From NCBI GenBank assembly GCA_903834845.1, contig CAILKW010000142.1, positions 18 through 64,017 of the forward strand: a DNA stretch of 64,000 nt, written 5' to 3'. Position numbers and translations under genes: made by a program. The notes beneath the pieces were generated by a model. It was given only the letters and a program-made list of their open reading frames with translations, made no database searches and was not told the origin of the DNA. Origin of the DNA: an uncultured Bacteroidia bacterium (lineage in GTDB: Bacteria; Bacteroidota; Bacteroidia; Bacteroidales; Prolixibacteraceae). Of the stretch, positions 26,939-37,547 are shown one piece after another (within the stretch, counting starts at the first letter, position 1; each line of letters starts with the position of its first letter).

Positions 26939-28447
26939 ATGACCAGTAGAACAATTAAAGCCGTAAAGGGAACTGTTACAAGCCTTGTGTCTTATGGCGT
27001 GTTGGTATTGTTGCAAGCCGTGTTAGCCCCCATCGTTTTAAAAACAGCAGGACAGGAAGTATTGGGAGCTTACTCTATTATAATGCAGATAATTGGCTAT
27101 GGATTGATTTTGGATTTTGGGATAGGTGTTGCCCTCAGCCGGTACTTGGCACACAGCTTTGGTGAAGATGATCAAGGAGACAGATTCTCTACAATATTCA
27201 ATATTGGCAGATATTTTATCCTCGCAACCAACATGCTGCTAGCTGTTTTTATTCTTGTCCTTGCCTTTAATATTGATAACCTAATCACGGCCAGCTCTGC
27301 AATAATCATTGACGCCCGCGTTGCATTGTTACTTTTGTCAGCCTGGACAATTTTACGAACACCATTAACCTTATTTAGCCATGGCCTTTTTGCTTCACAG
27401 AACATGGCTGCTGTAAATATAATGGGGCTGATTAGCAGCACAAGTCGCTTATTGCTAACATTATATTTTGTATTTGCCGGGTATGGGTTAATCGGCATGA
27501 TTATAGCGAACATAGTGTCCGAATTTCTGGGTTTGCTATTACAAAAAGTTTATTTTAATAGGTTAAATCCCAAACTTGATCTAAAGTGGAAAAAACCGGA
27601 TTTACCATTATTAAAAGAGCTATTTTCTTTCGGGATAACCTACTGGGGTGTAAATATTGCAATTGTTCTTACAACAGGGAGTGACAGTATTGTTATAGGT
27701 CATCTGTATGGTGCTGCAGCAGCAGCTATTTTTTACACAACAAAGATCCCTTCATTTTTGATTATTCAAGTCATTTATAAAATATCGGATAATGCCGGGC
27801 CAGCAGCTAATGAACTACTGGCGCAAGGAAATTTTGAGGCCCTAAGGTCAGCTTACTTGAAAATATTACGTTATTCGCTATTACTGGCTGTCCCACTCGC
27901 GATTGGTATTGTCGGTTTTAACAAAGGCGTTATAACAGTTTGGGTTGGTGCAAATCAATACGCAGGCAATTTAATGTCTATTGCGCTTGCCTTGTTCGCA
28001 TTAACACAAGTTATCAACCATATTAACGCCATGATTACCTTGGCAGCAGGCAATATGCGAAACTGGATATCCATCTCGACTGTTACTGGTGGTTTAACGA
28101 TTACTCTGGCCTTTACATTAGGTAAATACTTAGGAATGCAATGGGTGATGGTTGCTATTGCCTTGATGGATTTACCTGGTTTTATTTTCCTGACGCGTCG
28201 TAGTTTTGCTGGTTTAGACTTGACATATGGACGAGCTTGGTGCGAAGCAATTTGGCCTGCTATTCTTGCTGCGATTCCAATGCTTGGATGGATGCTCTTT
28301 GTCATCGCGACCAACAGTGCAACCAGCTTTGTAAGTCTGGTTATCTGTATTGCTGTGTTTGCTTTCTTTTGGCTACTAGGAATGTATGCTTTTGGCATTA
28401 GCAAGTTAGAAATCAGATCAATAAAAAATAAACTTAGACTAATTTGA
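26939..28447 (+). CDS. wzx: Oligosaccharide flippase (Wzx / polysaccharide biosynthesis protein family)
   Basis: 502 aa polytopic membrane protein with many hydrophobic spans throughout. The N-terminal K.....G.......v..ll.....P pattern and the locus context support the call. Confidence 0.7.
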   Translation: MTSRTIKAVKGTVTSLVSYGVLVLLQAVLAPIVLKTAGQEVLGAYSIIMQIIGYGLILDFGIGVALSRYLAHSFGEDDQGDRFSTIFNIGRYFILATNMLLAVFILVLAFNIDNLITASSAIIIDARVALLLLSAWTILRTPLTLFSHGLFASQNMAAVNIMGLISSTSRLLLTLYFVFAGYGLIGMIIANIVSEFLGLLLQKVYFNRLNPKLDLKWKKPDLPLLKELFSFGITYWGVNIAIVLTTGSDSIVIGHLYGAAAAAIFYTTKIPSFLIIQVIYKISDNAGPAANELLAQGNFEALRSAYLKILRYSLLLAVPLAIGIVGFNKGVITVWVGANQYAGNLMSIALALFALTQVINHINAMITLAAGNMRNWISISTVTGGLTITLAFTLGKYLGMQWVMVAIALMDLPGFIFLTRRSFAGLDLTYGRAWCEAIWPAILAAIPMLGWMLFVIATNSATSFVSLVICIAVFAFFWLLGMYAFGISKLEIRSIKNKLRLI

Positions 28448-28496
28448 ATGATTGATCAGACTAACAACGCTCCAAATAAAATATAATTGAAATAAA

Positions 28497-29519
28497 ATGA
28501 TGAAGTTAACTATAGCAATCCCAACCTATAATAGAGCTAAAAGACTTGAAAAAGCTTTGTTTGACTTATCCTCTGAAATTAATTCGGCAAGCAACAAAGC
28601 GCTGATTGCAGTTTATGTAAGTAATAATGGTTCTAAGGATAACACTTCCGAAGTTATTGAGCGGTTCAGTAAACGATTTAATGAAAATGGCATTCCTTTT
28701 TCTTCACGCGAAGCTGCCATTAATCAAGGTTTTGACGCAAACGTTCTTGCCTGTTACGCAGGCAGCCAAAGCGAGTATGTCTGGTTTTTAAGTGACGATG
28801 ATAATATAATTACTGGTGCGATTGATGCGATAATACAGGATATAAACCAATATAACCCAACAGTGGTCTATTATAATCATGACCAAAAACCTTATGACAA
28901 AACCCAACCTTACATTCAGAAGATTGAATACTTTGATAAAGTCAATAAAGATAATATAAATGCCTTGCGCAAAATTGTATTCTGGCCAAAGTTAACATCC
29001 CTCGTCATTAAAAGGTGTAAAGCAGGACTGAATGTACCTAATAAGAATTGCGGGTTTTCGCATGTAACGCTTGCTTTGCAATGTGGATTAAACGGGGGAA
29101 TGGTACTCCACTCTCCTGTTTTTACGGCCCATCCAGATGACGACTACACAGAAAATATAGATTTTCCACCATACATTGCCAATAACCTGGACATTGGTAT
29201 TCGATGGGTGTTGGAGGACAACAACAAGATGCATCTGTACAACGATCTTGCTATAGGTTTGACAGACCCTTTAATTTCTACTTTAAACACTTTAGGCGCA
29301 TATTATCGCGGACGACATGTGCTAACCCTTCCACTTAAAACTGAGCTTTGGGAAACCGTATTTCGTGAAATTAAAGGGAAATGGCTTAAGCGGATCGTGG
29401 ATTGGAAATCAATTAAAGAGCTTGTTAAATTTCCTGTTTCTGTGGCTTACGGTTTTGTTTTTACTATGATAACACGTAAAAGAATCACAAAAATTAGACA
29501 ACTACTATCTGATAATTAA
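28497..29519 (+). CDS. Family 2 glycosyltransferase
   Basis: LTIAIPTYNRAKRLEKAL..YVSNNGSKDNT..WFLSDDD (GT-A with DxD). Confidence 0.7.
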   Translation: MMKLTIAIPTYNRAKRLEKALFDLSSEINSASNKALIAVYVSNNGSKDNTSEVIERFSKRFNENGIPFSSREAAINQGFDANVLACYAGSQSEYVWFLSDDDNIITGAIDAIIQDINQYNPTVVYYNHDQKPYDKTQPYIQKIEYFDKVNKDNINALRKIVFWPKLTSLVIKRCKAGLNVPNKNCGFSHVTLALQCGLNGGMVLHSPVFTAHPDDDYTENIDFPPYIANNLDIGIRWVLEDNNKMHLYNDLAIGLTDPLISTLNTLGAYYRGRHVLTLPLKTELWETVFREIKGKWLKRIVDWKSIKELVKFPVSVAYGFVFTMITRKRITKIRQLLSDN

Positions 29520-29535
29520 CAATACAACAACTTTC

Positions 29536-30333
29536 ATGATAAAGGACTCTTTGATAAAACTCCATTGGATTCTCTCAAGCCAATTCAGCTTGAACCCTCT
29601 CATTTTTCTACGATCATTCAAAGGCTTGCCATTTTACTTTCGCGATTGGGCTGCTTTCCGAAAGGGCTATTCGGGCACAATGCGGTTCAAACCCTGTCTG
29701 AATGACCGCTATGAAGAAGGTGGCTCCACCAGTAGTGAATACTTTTGGCAGGACCTAATTGTTGCTCGTGCCATTAATGCTGCCAAGCCGGTCAAGCATG
29801 TTGATATAGGTTCGCGTGTGGATGGGTTTGTGGCGCATGTGGCTAGCTTTCGGGAAATTGAAGTCTTTGATGTCAGGCTAAATAGCACTGTGTTGCCTGG
29901 CGTGGTATTTTGCCAGGCTGATTTGATGAAACCAACCTCGTTTTTGACAACTGATGAGGTGGGCTACTGTGATTCGCTATCTTGCCTCCATGCCATTGAA
30001 CACTTTGGGCTGGGGCGTTATGGTGACTCTGTCAACCCACAAGGCTATCAGAGCGGGATTGCGAACATGGCTAAGCTGCTACAATCGGGTGGCACATTTT
30101 ATCTTTCTACTCCAATCGGACAAGAGCGAGTTGAATTTAACGCTAACTGGGTGTTCGACCCGAGAAGCATTGTGCACCTTACCAAGGCGGCTGGCTTGAC
30201 ACTACAAAAACTCATCATAATTACGCCAACCAAGGGTCCGCAGGAGTCGGCTATAGACACAGAATCACTTACTGTTTTAGCCTTACAGCACTATCAGCTT
30301 GGTTTGTTCATTTTTACAAAAAACAAGTTCTAA
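29536..30333 (+). CDS. DUF268-like SAM-dependent methyltransferase
   Basis: HVDIGSRVDGFVAHVASF and LSCLHAIEHFGLGRYGD. Assignment is from memory of the DUF268 pattern. Confidence 0.5.
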   Translation: MIKDSLIKLHWILSSQFSLNPLIFLRSFKGLPFYFRDWAAFRKGYSGTMRFKPCLNDRYEEGGSTSSEYFWQDLIVARAINAAKPVKHVDIGSRVDGFVAHVASFREIEVFDVRLNSTVLPGVVFCQADLMKPTSFLTTDEVGYCDSLSCLHAIEHFGLGRYGDSVNPQGYQSGIANMAKLLQSGGTFYLSTPIGQERVEFNANWVFDPRSIVHLTKAAGLTLQKLIIITPTKGPQESAIDTESLTVLALQHYQLGLFIFTKNKF

Positions 30334-30346
30334 AAAAGTATCCAAT

Positions 30347-31036
30347 ATGTTCATCAAAAACATCAATGAAATTAATCGCCAGGCTTGGCTCAAACAAACC
30401 CTGCTTTCTTTGCCTAAAGGTGCATGCATACTGGATGCCGGTGCTGGCGAACTCAAGAACAGGAAGCACTGCGACCATCTGCACTATACCTCTCAAGATT
30501 TTAATCAATATACTGGGGGGGGGGAGCTGAACGAAGGGCTGCAAACTGGTTTGTGGGACACCAGCGGCATTGACCTGATAAGCGACATTACTTCAATCCC
30601 AGCGCCAGATTCCAGCTTTGATGCCATTATTTGCAGCGAGGTGTTAGAACACATCCCTGAACCAACTCATGCTCTCGATGAATTTTACAGACTGCTAAAA
30701 CCTGGCGGGATAATGATTCTTACGGCCCCCTTTGCATCACTTGTTCATTTTGCACCATATCATTATTGCACTGGATTCTCACGTTACTGGTATGAGCATC
30801 ATCTTACAAATCGTGGATTCAAAATTACAGAGCTTACCCCAAACGGTGACTGGTACGCTTATACCGAGCAGGAAATCACCCGCCTCGGCGGACTTGAACG
30901 CCAACACGGCAACTGGAGTTGGCCTCTGGCATATTTGTACTCACTGTTGGGCTTGCTCTATTTCAAACTGCGCAGCAAAAAACAGGCTGTGGATTTAGCT
31001 TGTTTTGGCTGGCATTGTGTGGCGGTTAAACAATAA
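30347..31036 (+). CDS. Class I SAM-dependent methyltransferase
   Basis: ILDAGAGELKN (motif I), FDAIICSEVLEHI and LLKPGGIMILTAPF. Start at ATG 30347. Confidence 0.75.
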   Translation: MFIKNINEINRQAWLKQTLLSLPKGACILDAGAGELKNRKHCDHLHYTSQDFNQYTGGGELNEGLQTGLWDTSGIDLISDITSIPAPDSSFDAIICSEVLEHIPEPTHALDEFYRLLKPGGIMILTAPFASLVHFAPYHYCTGFSRYWYEHHLTNRGFKITELTPNGDWYAYTEQEITRLGGLERQHGNWSWPLAYLYSLLGLLYFKLRSKKQAVDLACFGWHCVAVKQ

Positions 31037-31044
31037 TATAAGTA

Positions 31045-32535
31045 ATGGTTTCTGTTATAAAGAAACTGGATAAACCAGTAAAAAAAAAGTTTCTTACTTA
31101 TGGAGTGGGCGGCATTTTGTTGTCTTCTTTTGGATTAGTATTAGTAGGTGAATATGAAACAATGATGGCTTGGTGGCTGGTGATAATATTATTGATGCCA
31201 CCACTTTTATGGGCATTGAAAACCCCTTATGTGGCGTTGAAAACCATTACTATTATCTCATTTGTTACACAATTTGTTACAGTTCCATTTTTTTACCTTA
31301 ACAGAGATACCTTTGCTTTTGGAAACGTTAAGCCATTTCATTTTACAGCTTGGGAAGCATTTCCAATGCTCGCCAAAGTTTCTATATTTTTGTTTGCCCT
31401 GGTACTATTTTTCAAATTGCTTTATCCTATCTCTTGGTTGGGCGGTACACCCAGCAAGGTTACAAACTCAAACACGCAGAACATCGCATCAAAAGACCGT
31501 CTAAATAAATACTCTGATTTTGACATTAGAAAAAATAGAAACCCATTATTTTTTGTATCCATTATCATTCTCATGTTGGCAGTACTGGCACCTCTTAATT
31601 TATGGTTATATTCGAAAGGTATTGGCCTTACAGGTGTTGAATCATACCGGCTACCCTACAGACTATCTGGTATTTTATTTTATTTAACGAAATACGTAAC
31701 CCCATTGATTTTAGGTTATTTATATTCAAAAACCAAACGGGATTGGCCTTTGATGATGCTATTTTTGGCTTATGCATGGGAGCTGGGATTATGTTCTATC
31801 AGTAAGGGCGCAGTCATTATGGTTATGTTTCCAGTTATTATTTTTGCTTGGTTGGATCATCGTAAGATTATGTTTACATTCGTAAGTCTCGTCGCGCTTT
31901 TAGGCGTTTCGTTTGCTTCAGAGGCACGTAATTATGTTTACTTTGTTGAGAGTGGTACGTCAGGAGCAGATACCAGTTTTAGTATTTTAACCCTATTAGC
32001 AAAAGTATTTAATAGCTCGGATAGCAAAATATGGGATCTTGATTTTATACCTTTACTTATTAGTGGAATTCTATCCAGAATCGAAGGATTTGGTAACCTT
32101 GTTATGGCACAATTTTATGACCCGGACGCAGTGGATGGGGCCTGGAGTTTTATTTTAAGAATGATATGGAGAAATTTAGCTCCATTCGACGTAGATTTAC
32201 ATTCAATTCAATGGCAAGGATATACATTACCAATTGGTTTTTATAATGGGGGCGCTTTATTATCAAATGCAGTGATTGTCGGAAATACCAGTCTATGGTG
32301 GGTAGTTATTAGTGCAATGGTTACTGCATTGATACTGGTAATTCTGGAAAAAAGCACGAAACGCCTGTTCCAAATTTACAAGTTACATGCATATATAACC
32401 ACTGTGGTTATAGGTTTTTTTTCTATGTTATATTTTGCTGAAACAGGTGGTTCAGTTACTTTCGTTTTCCCATTCCTATTAATATTTATTCTAAGTTGGC
32501 TACCTCCACTTTTTCATTTAGATGATAATCAATGA
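31045..32535 (+). CDS. Polytopic membrane protein, Wzy-type polymerase candidate
   Basis: 496 aa, mostly hydrophobic spans with one larger loop. Lies among the wzx and GT genes. No soluble-enzyme motifs seen. Confidence 0.5.
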   Translation: MVSVIKKLDKPVKKKFLTYGVGGILLSSFGLVLVGEYETMMAWWLVIILLMPPLLWALKTPYVALKTITIISFVTQFVTVPFFYLNRDTFAFGNVKPFHFTAWEAFPMLAKVSIFLFALVLFFKLLYPISWLGGTPSKVTNSNTQNIASKDRLNKYSDFDIRKNRNPLFFVSIIILMLAVLAPLNLWLYSKGIGLTGVESYRLPYRLSGILFYLTKYVTPLILGYLYSKTKRDWPLMMLFLAYAWELGLCSISKGAVIMVMFPVIIFAWLDHRKIMFTFVSLVALLGVSFASEARNYVYFVESGTSGADTSFSILTLLAKVFNSSDSKIWDLDFIPLLISGILSRIEGFGNLVMAQFYDPDAVDGAWSFILRMIWRNLAPFDVDLHSIQWQGYTLPIGFYNGGALLSNAVIVGNTSLWWVVISAMVTALILVILEKSTKRLFQIYKLHAYITTVVIGFFSMLYFAETGGSVTFVFPFLLIFILSWLPPLFHLDDNQ

Positions 32536-32771
32536 ATAAAATCTTTTGCCCCAATTGAAATTCATGATTTTTAAAATCTTGAACCGAAATACTGAAGTCA
32601 GAAATGGTTTGAATGACAATCCAAACATCTTGTGTTAGAAAGAAGTGGACCAATCCATTTATCTGCTTGGTATTGGAAATCATTGATTATGGTTTGGCAA
32701 TTCATTCAATTACGGATAACAAAAACTGAAAGGCATGGTCAGCTATGTATGCCAAATAAAACTAAGTTGAA

Positions 32772-33686
32772 ATGAACCATTACTCACCCAACACAGCACC
32801 TTCAAAAATCATATGTCGCATTTTTGGCGGTCTCGGTAACCAGCTTTTCTGCTACGCCGCTGCCCGCCGGCTGGCATTGGTCAACAATGCAGAACTGGTA
32901 ATTGACAATGTTAGCGGCTTTGAGTACGACGTTGACTATCAGCGCCACAATCAGCTTGATCATTTTGCCATTTCTTGCCGCAAGGCAACATATGCAGAGA
33001 GATTTGAGCCATTCTCAAGAGTGCGCCGCTACGTCAAACGCAAATGGAACCAACGCAAACCGTTTGAGCAGCGCTCTTACCTTGTTCAAGAGGGCATTAA
33101 CTTCGACCCACGCCTTATATATTTCAAGCCACATGGTACTGTTTATCTTGAAGGCTATTGGCAAAGCGAGGATTACTTTAAGGACGTGGAGTCCATTATA
33201 CGGAAAGATCTTCAAATTACCCCCCCGATGGATTCAATCAATCTGTTCATGGTCGCTAAAATAAAAAGTTGCACTTCCGTGGCAGTTCATGTACGCTTTT
33301 TTGACTCCCCTATAGAAAACAATATAAATAATACACCTATTGATTATTATGCAAAAGCCATTTGTAAAATGGAGACACTTGTCTCTGGTGCCCACTACTT
33401 TGTATTCTCTGATCAATCTTCATCCGCACGAACCCGGATTCCACTTCCAAATGATCGTTTAACAATGGTAACACATAATCAGGGAGACGAATACGCTTAT
33501 GCTGACCTTTGGTTAATGTGTCAATGTCAACACTTCATCATTGCCAACAGTACTTTTAGTTGGTGGGGGGCGTGGTTGGCTGAGTATGATTCAAAATTGG
33601 TGATCGCTCCAGGGTTTGAAAAGCGCGATGGAAAGATGAGTTGGGGATTTAAAGGTCTTTTGCCTGAAACATGGATGAAATTATGA
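32772..33686 (+). CDS. Family 11 glycosyltransferase (alpha-1,2-fucosyltransferase-like)
   Basis: RIFGGLGNQLFCYAAARRLAL, VAVHVRFFD and IIANSTFSWWGAWL are the GT11 motifs. Confidence 0.8.
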   Translation: MNHYSPNTAPSKIICRIFGGLGNQLFCYAAARRLALVNNAELVIDNVSGFEYDVDYQRHNQLDHFAISCRKATYAERFEPFSRVRRYVKRKWNQRKPFEQRSYLVQEGINFDPRLIYFKPHGTVYLEGYWQSEDYFKDVESIIRKDLQITPPMDSINLFMVAKIKSCTSVAVHVRFFDSPIENNINNTPIDYYAKAICKMETLVSGAHYFVFSDQSSSARTRIPLPNDRLTMVTHNQGDEYAYADLWLMCQCQHFIIANSTFSWWGAWLAEYDSKLVIAPGFEKRDGKMSWGFKGLLPETWMKL

Positions 33687-34714
33687 AAATGATTTATGTT
33701 AGTACGTTGTCCACGGGTCCAGATCGTGATTCAGGATGGATTTATTCTTTTGGAGAGCTTGGATGGGAGGTCGTTTCATTTAGCACAATTCACAAAACAG
33801 CTCATGGGTTTGTTGGCAAATTTCAACGCAGGTTCAATCTAAGTAAAGCAAACCTCAAAATGCAGAATTCCTTAATAGAACTTGTCCATAAAATAAAACC
33901 AAGATGGGTGCATTTTCGGTTACCAATTGAATTCGACAGAAAAACAATCGAAAATATACAAAACTTGGGTTGCTTTGTGACAGAATACTTCAACGATGAT
34001 CCATTTTCATCAAAAAGCCCATTTGGGTTACACTGGAAGTTCCGGAAAGCTTTAAGTGCTTATGATGGGCACTTTGTATATAGGCCTCTAAATATTGATA
34101 AATTCAAAAGTTATGGTGCAAAATATGTTGAGCATTGCCCACCTACGTATGATACTAAACGACATTTTCTAGAAACAGCTTTTGCAGACGAAACCGTTTT
34201 GGCTGATGTAGCATTTATAGGGCATTGGGAAAATGATTGGCGAGTTAAATGCCTCACTTCATTAAAGGAAACGGGTTTTCATGTGATCTTGCGTGGGGGA
34301 GGATGGGACAGGGCCATTCAATCTGGTACACTTTCTTCGTTTTCTCCTGTTCAACATGCTTTCGGTGAAGAGTATAATAAAATATATAGAAATGTTATTG
34401 CCGGTTTATGTTTTTTCTCCAAGATTAATCGCGATGCATGGACAGAAAGGGCGTTAGAAATAATTGCCGTTGGTGGCGTACTCGTTTGTGAGCGTACAGA
34501 CGAGGCACAAAAATATTTCATAGATGGCAAAGAGGCTTGTTTTTTTTCAACAATTGAGGAATTGATTAAAATTGTGAAGGAGCTAAAGGAAGATCCATCC
34601 AAAAGAATATCCATCCAACAAGCTGGATATAAACGCCTAATAGCAGGTAATCATACAATAAAGGATAGAGCAATTCAAGTATCCAAGTTGGTTAATAGCA
34701 AAATAAAAGAATAA
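33671..34714 (+). CDS. GT-B type glycosyltransferase (CgeB/Glyco_trans_1_2-like C-terminus)
   Basis: The C-terminal ERALEIIAVGGVLVCERTDEAQKYFIDGKEACFFSTIEELIKIVKEL pattern is typical of that domain. Confidence 0.5.
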   Translation: MDEIMKMIYVSTLSTGPDRDSGWIYSFGELGWEVVSFSTIHKTAHGFVGKFQRRFNLSKANLKMQNSLIELVHKIKPRWVHFRLPIEFDRKTIENIQNLGCFVTEYFNDDPFSSKSPFGLHWKFRKALSAYDGHFVYRPLNIDKFKSYGAKYVEHCPPTYDTKRHFLETAFADETVLADVAFIGHWENDWRVKCLTSLKETGFHVILRGGGWDRAIQSGTLSSFSPVQHAFGEEYNKIYRNVIAGLCFFSKINRDAWTERALEIIAVGGVLVCERTDEAQKYFIDGKEACFFSTIEELIKIVKELKEDPSKRISIQQAGYKRLIAGNHTIKDRAIQVSKLVNSKIKE

Positions 34715-34719
34715 TATAG

Positions 34720-35871
34720 ATGACCAAAATCCCATACGGACGACAAAATATTACAGATGATGATATTCACGCGGTTGTTGATGTTCTCAAATCAGACTAT
34801 CTCACCCAGGGACCACATGTTCCCGAATTTGAGCAATCTTTCGCAAAATATATAGGTGCAAAATATGCAGTTGCTGTTTCAAATGGCACCGCGGCATTAC
34901 ATTTATGTACTTTGGCCCTTGGTGTTAAAAAGGGTGATAAAGTAATCACCACACCCATCACATTTGCCGCTTCAGCAAATTGTGTGCGATATGCTGATGG
35001 TGATGTGGCATTTGCCGATATTGATCCAGTAACCTATCTGATTGATATTAATAAAGTTCGGGAACTGCTGGAATCCTCCCCCCAAGGAACTTATAAAGGC
35101 ATAATCCCAGTAGATTTTGCCGGTAGGGCTGTTGATCTGGAAGCCTATAGAAAGTTAGCCGATGAATTCAACCTTTGGATTATTGAAGATGCCTGCCATG
35201 CACCAGGAGGCTACTTCATTGATTCTAAAGGAAAACAACAAAATTGTGGCAATGGGTTGTTCGCAGAATTGGCCATATTCTCATTTCACCCTGTTAAACA
35301 TATTGCCTGCGGAGAAGGTGGAATGATCACCACCAATGATAAAGCTTTATACGATAAATTGCGTAATCTTCGGTCGCATGGTATCCAGCAAAATCCGGAA
35401 CTTTACCAATATAATCACGGTATATGGTATTATGAGATGCAGGAACTTGGTTATAATTACCGTCTGACTGATTTTCAGTCTGCTTTGGGCATGAGTCAGC
35501 TTAAACGTGCTTATGAAGGAATAAACAGGCGAACTGAAATAGCAACTTTATATGAAAATGAATTTGCAGGAAAGCCTTATATTATACAACAAACAGGAGT
35601 CGTCCATGGACATGCTTATCATCTGTACATTGTTGAATTTAATAATAGGGATGGCTTGATTCGGCACCTCCGAGATAACAATATCTTTGCCCAGGTTCAT
35701 TATATCCCGGTTCATTTGATGCCGTATTACAGACAATTTGGATGGAAAGATGGAGATATGCCAATTTCTGAGAACTATTATGCACATTGCCTGAGTTTAC
35801 CAATTTATCCCTCATTAACCAAAGAGGAGCAGTTATTTGTGATCAAATCAATTGAAGCCTTTTATGAGTAA
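34720..35871 (+). CDS. pseC: UDP-4-amino-4,6-dideoxy-N-acetyl-beta-L-altrosamine transaminase
   Basis: IPYGRQNITDDDIHAVVDVLKSDYLTQGPHVPEFE (PseC-type DegT N-terminus). SFHPVKHIACGEGG carries the PLP lysine context. Confidence 0.85.
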   Translation: MTKIPYGRQNITDDDIHAVVDVLKSDYLTQGPHVPEFEQSFAKYIGAKYAVAVSNGTAALHLCTLALGVKKGDKVITTPITFAASANCVRYADGDVAFADIDPVTYLIDINKVRELLESSPQGTYKGIIPVDFAGRAVDLEAYRKLADEFNLWIIEDACHAPGGYFIDSKGKQQNCGNGLFAELAIFSFHPVKHIACGEGGMITTNDKALYDKLRNLRSHGIQQNPELYQYNHGIWYYEMQELGYNYRLTDFQSALGMSQLKRAYEGINRRTEIATLYENEFAGKPYIIQQTGVVHGHAYHLYIVEFNNRDGLIRHLRDNNIFAQVHYIPVHLMPYYRQFGWKDGDMPISENYYAHCLSLPIYPSLTKEEQLFVIKSIEAFYE

Positions 35872-36568
35872 ACTTGCCATCATACCTGCCAGGGGAGGAA
35901 GTAAACGTATTCCAAGAAAAAACATTAAAGACTTTCTCGGAAAACCCATCATAGCCTATTCGATTGAAGCAGCCTTACAAAGCGGCCTATTTGACGAAGT
36001 AATGGTTTCGACCGATGACCATGAAATAGCCGAAATAGCAATAAAATATGGTGCAAAGGTTCCATTTTTCCGTAGCCAAGAAAATTCCAATGATTATGCA
36101 ACAACAATGGCTGTAATTCAGGAGGTTATTACTAAATATAATGAAAATTCAAACGCTTTAGTTAATCTTGTTTGTTGCATATATCCTACAGCACCACTTA
36201 TTCAAATTAAGCATCTCATCGAAGGATGCTCTATGTTAAACGAAAAAAACCTGGATAGCGTTTACCCCGTTGTTGCATTCGGATATCCAATTTGGCGTGG
36301 TGTTGAGATTTTGGACAATGGAAAAGCACAAATGATCTGGCCTGAATACTTAAATTCAAGATCACAGGACCTGAAAAAAGTTTACCATGATGCAGGTCAA
36401 TGGTATTGGATGAATATGTCTTATATATACGATAATACGATATTAAAAAAAAATATTGGCACTCTTGTAATGACCGAATTAGAGGTACAGGACATTGATA
36501 ATGAAACCGATTGGAAGATTGCAGAATTAAAATATAAATTGCTGGTCAATAATGGAAAGATTATATAA
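35864..36568 (+). CDS. pseF: Pseudaminic acid cytidylyltransferase
   Basis: LAIIPARGGSKRIPRKNIKDFLGKPIIAYSIEAALQSGLFDEVMVSTDD. Start at ATG 35864. Confidence 0.85.
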   Translation: MSKLAIIPARGGSKRIPRKNIKDFLGKPIIAYSIEAALQSGLFDEVMVSTDDHEIAEIAIKYGAKVPFFRSQENSNDYATTMAVIQEVITKYNENSNALVNLVCCIYPTAPLIQIKHLIEGCSMLNEKNLDSVYPVVAFGYPIWRGVEILDNGKAQMIWPEYLNSRSQDLKKVYHDAGQWYWMNMSYIYDNTILKKNIGTLVMTELEVQDIDNETDWKIAELKYKLLVNNGKII

Positions 36569-37547
36569 AAAAATATATTTCCGAACTGATGCCTCATTCA
36601 CAATAGGCTATGGCCATTTTATCCGTTCATTGGCATTGGCAGAAATGTTGCAGGAGGACTTCGAATGCGTTATAGTAACGGTTAATCCGACGCAATACCA
36701 AATCAATGAGATTAATAAAGTCTGTGAATATATTTCTTTACCTTCTGATCAATCTCATTTTGAAACCTTTTTACAGACATTAAAAGGAGATGAAATTGTA
36801 GTATTGGATAATTATTTTTTCACATCCGATTATCAAAAGGCCATAAAATCAAAAGGATCTAAATTGGTTTGCATTGATGATTTGAGGGATAAGCATTATT
36901 TCGCTGACCTAATCATTCATCAGGGAATCAGTGATCCTTCCATGTTCTCAGCAGAAGCTTACACTAAATTTTGTATAGGAATTGATTGGGTCTTATTACG
37001 TGCACCTTTTCTAAAAGCATATAACGAGACAAAATCAAGACCGTTTCCTAAATCAATTGGAAGGATTGCGGTCTGCTTTGGTGGATCTGATATGAACAAT
37101 ATTACGGAACTGACAATTAGTGCTCTTTGCAATCAGAAAAATATTACACAAATCGATATTATTAGTAATCAAAACAAGTCAATTTTTTTAGGTAATGATA
37201 AAATTAAGCTCATATATCATCAGAATATTAGTGCTGATAAAATTGTTGAAATCTTTACAAATTGTGATTTAGGAATTCTTTCAACAAGTACAATATGTCT
37301 CGAGGCTTTAGCGTGTCATACATTATTAGCCGTTGGTTATTACGTTGATAATCAAGCTGAATTTTATAAATATCTGACTCAAAATAAGATGGCTTTAGGT
37401 TTGGGAAATCTTTTAAATGATAAGTATTTAAATGAATTAGCACTAATATTTGAAAAATTTGGTGCATCTGAGATTTCAAGATTTGATTTTAATTTTGATA
37501 GTGTGAAAAGTCGGTATATCAAAAGCTTTAATGAATTATGTATATAA
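36552..37547 (+). CDS. pseG: UDP-2,4-diacetamido-2,4,6-trideoxy-beta-L-altropyranose hydrolase
   Basis: IYFRTDASFTIGYGHFIRSLALAEML is the PseG N-terminal signature. 331 aa. Confidence 0.8.
   Translation: MERLYKKIYFRTDASFTIGYGHFIRSLALAEMLQEDFECVIVTVNPTQYQINEINKVCEYISLPSDQSHFETFLQTLKGDEIVVLDNYFFTSDYQKAIKSKGSKLVCIDDLRDKHYFADLIIHQGISDPSMFSAEAYTKFCIGIDWVLLRAPFLKAYNETKSRPFPKSIGRIAVCFGGSDMNNITELTISALCNQKNITQIDIISNQNKSIFLGNDKIKLIYHQNISADKIVEIFTNCDLGILSTSTICLEALACHTLLAVGYYVDNQAEFYKYLTQNKMALGLGNLLNDKYLNELALIFEKFGASEISRFDFNFDSVKSRYIKSFNELCI

Noticed and set aside
32902-33264. Same-strand nested ORFs in alternative frames (32902..33264, 30732..30998, 29954..30199, 31262..31504, 55063..55425, 47198..47413, 49428..49634 and others)
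   Set aside because: They overlap genes whose own frames carry clear family motifs. Their translations look like off-frame artefacts (Ser/Leu/Arg-rich, no motifs).
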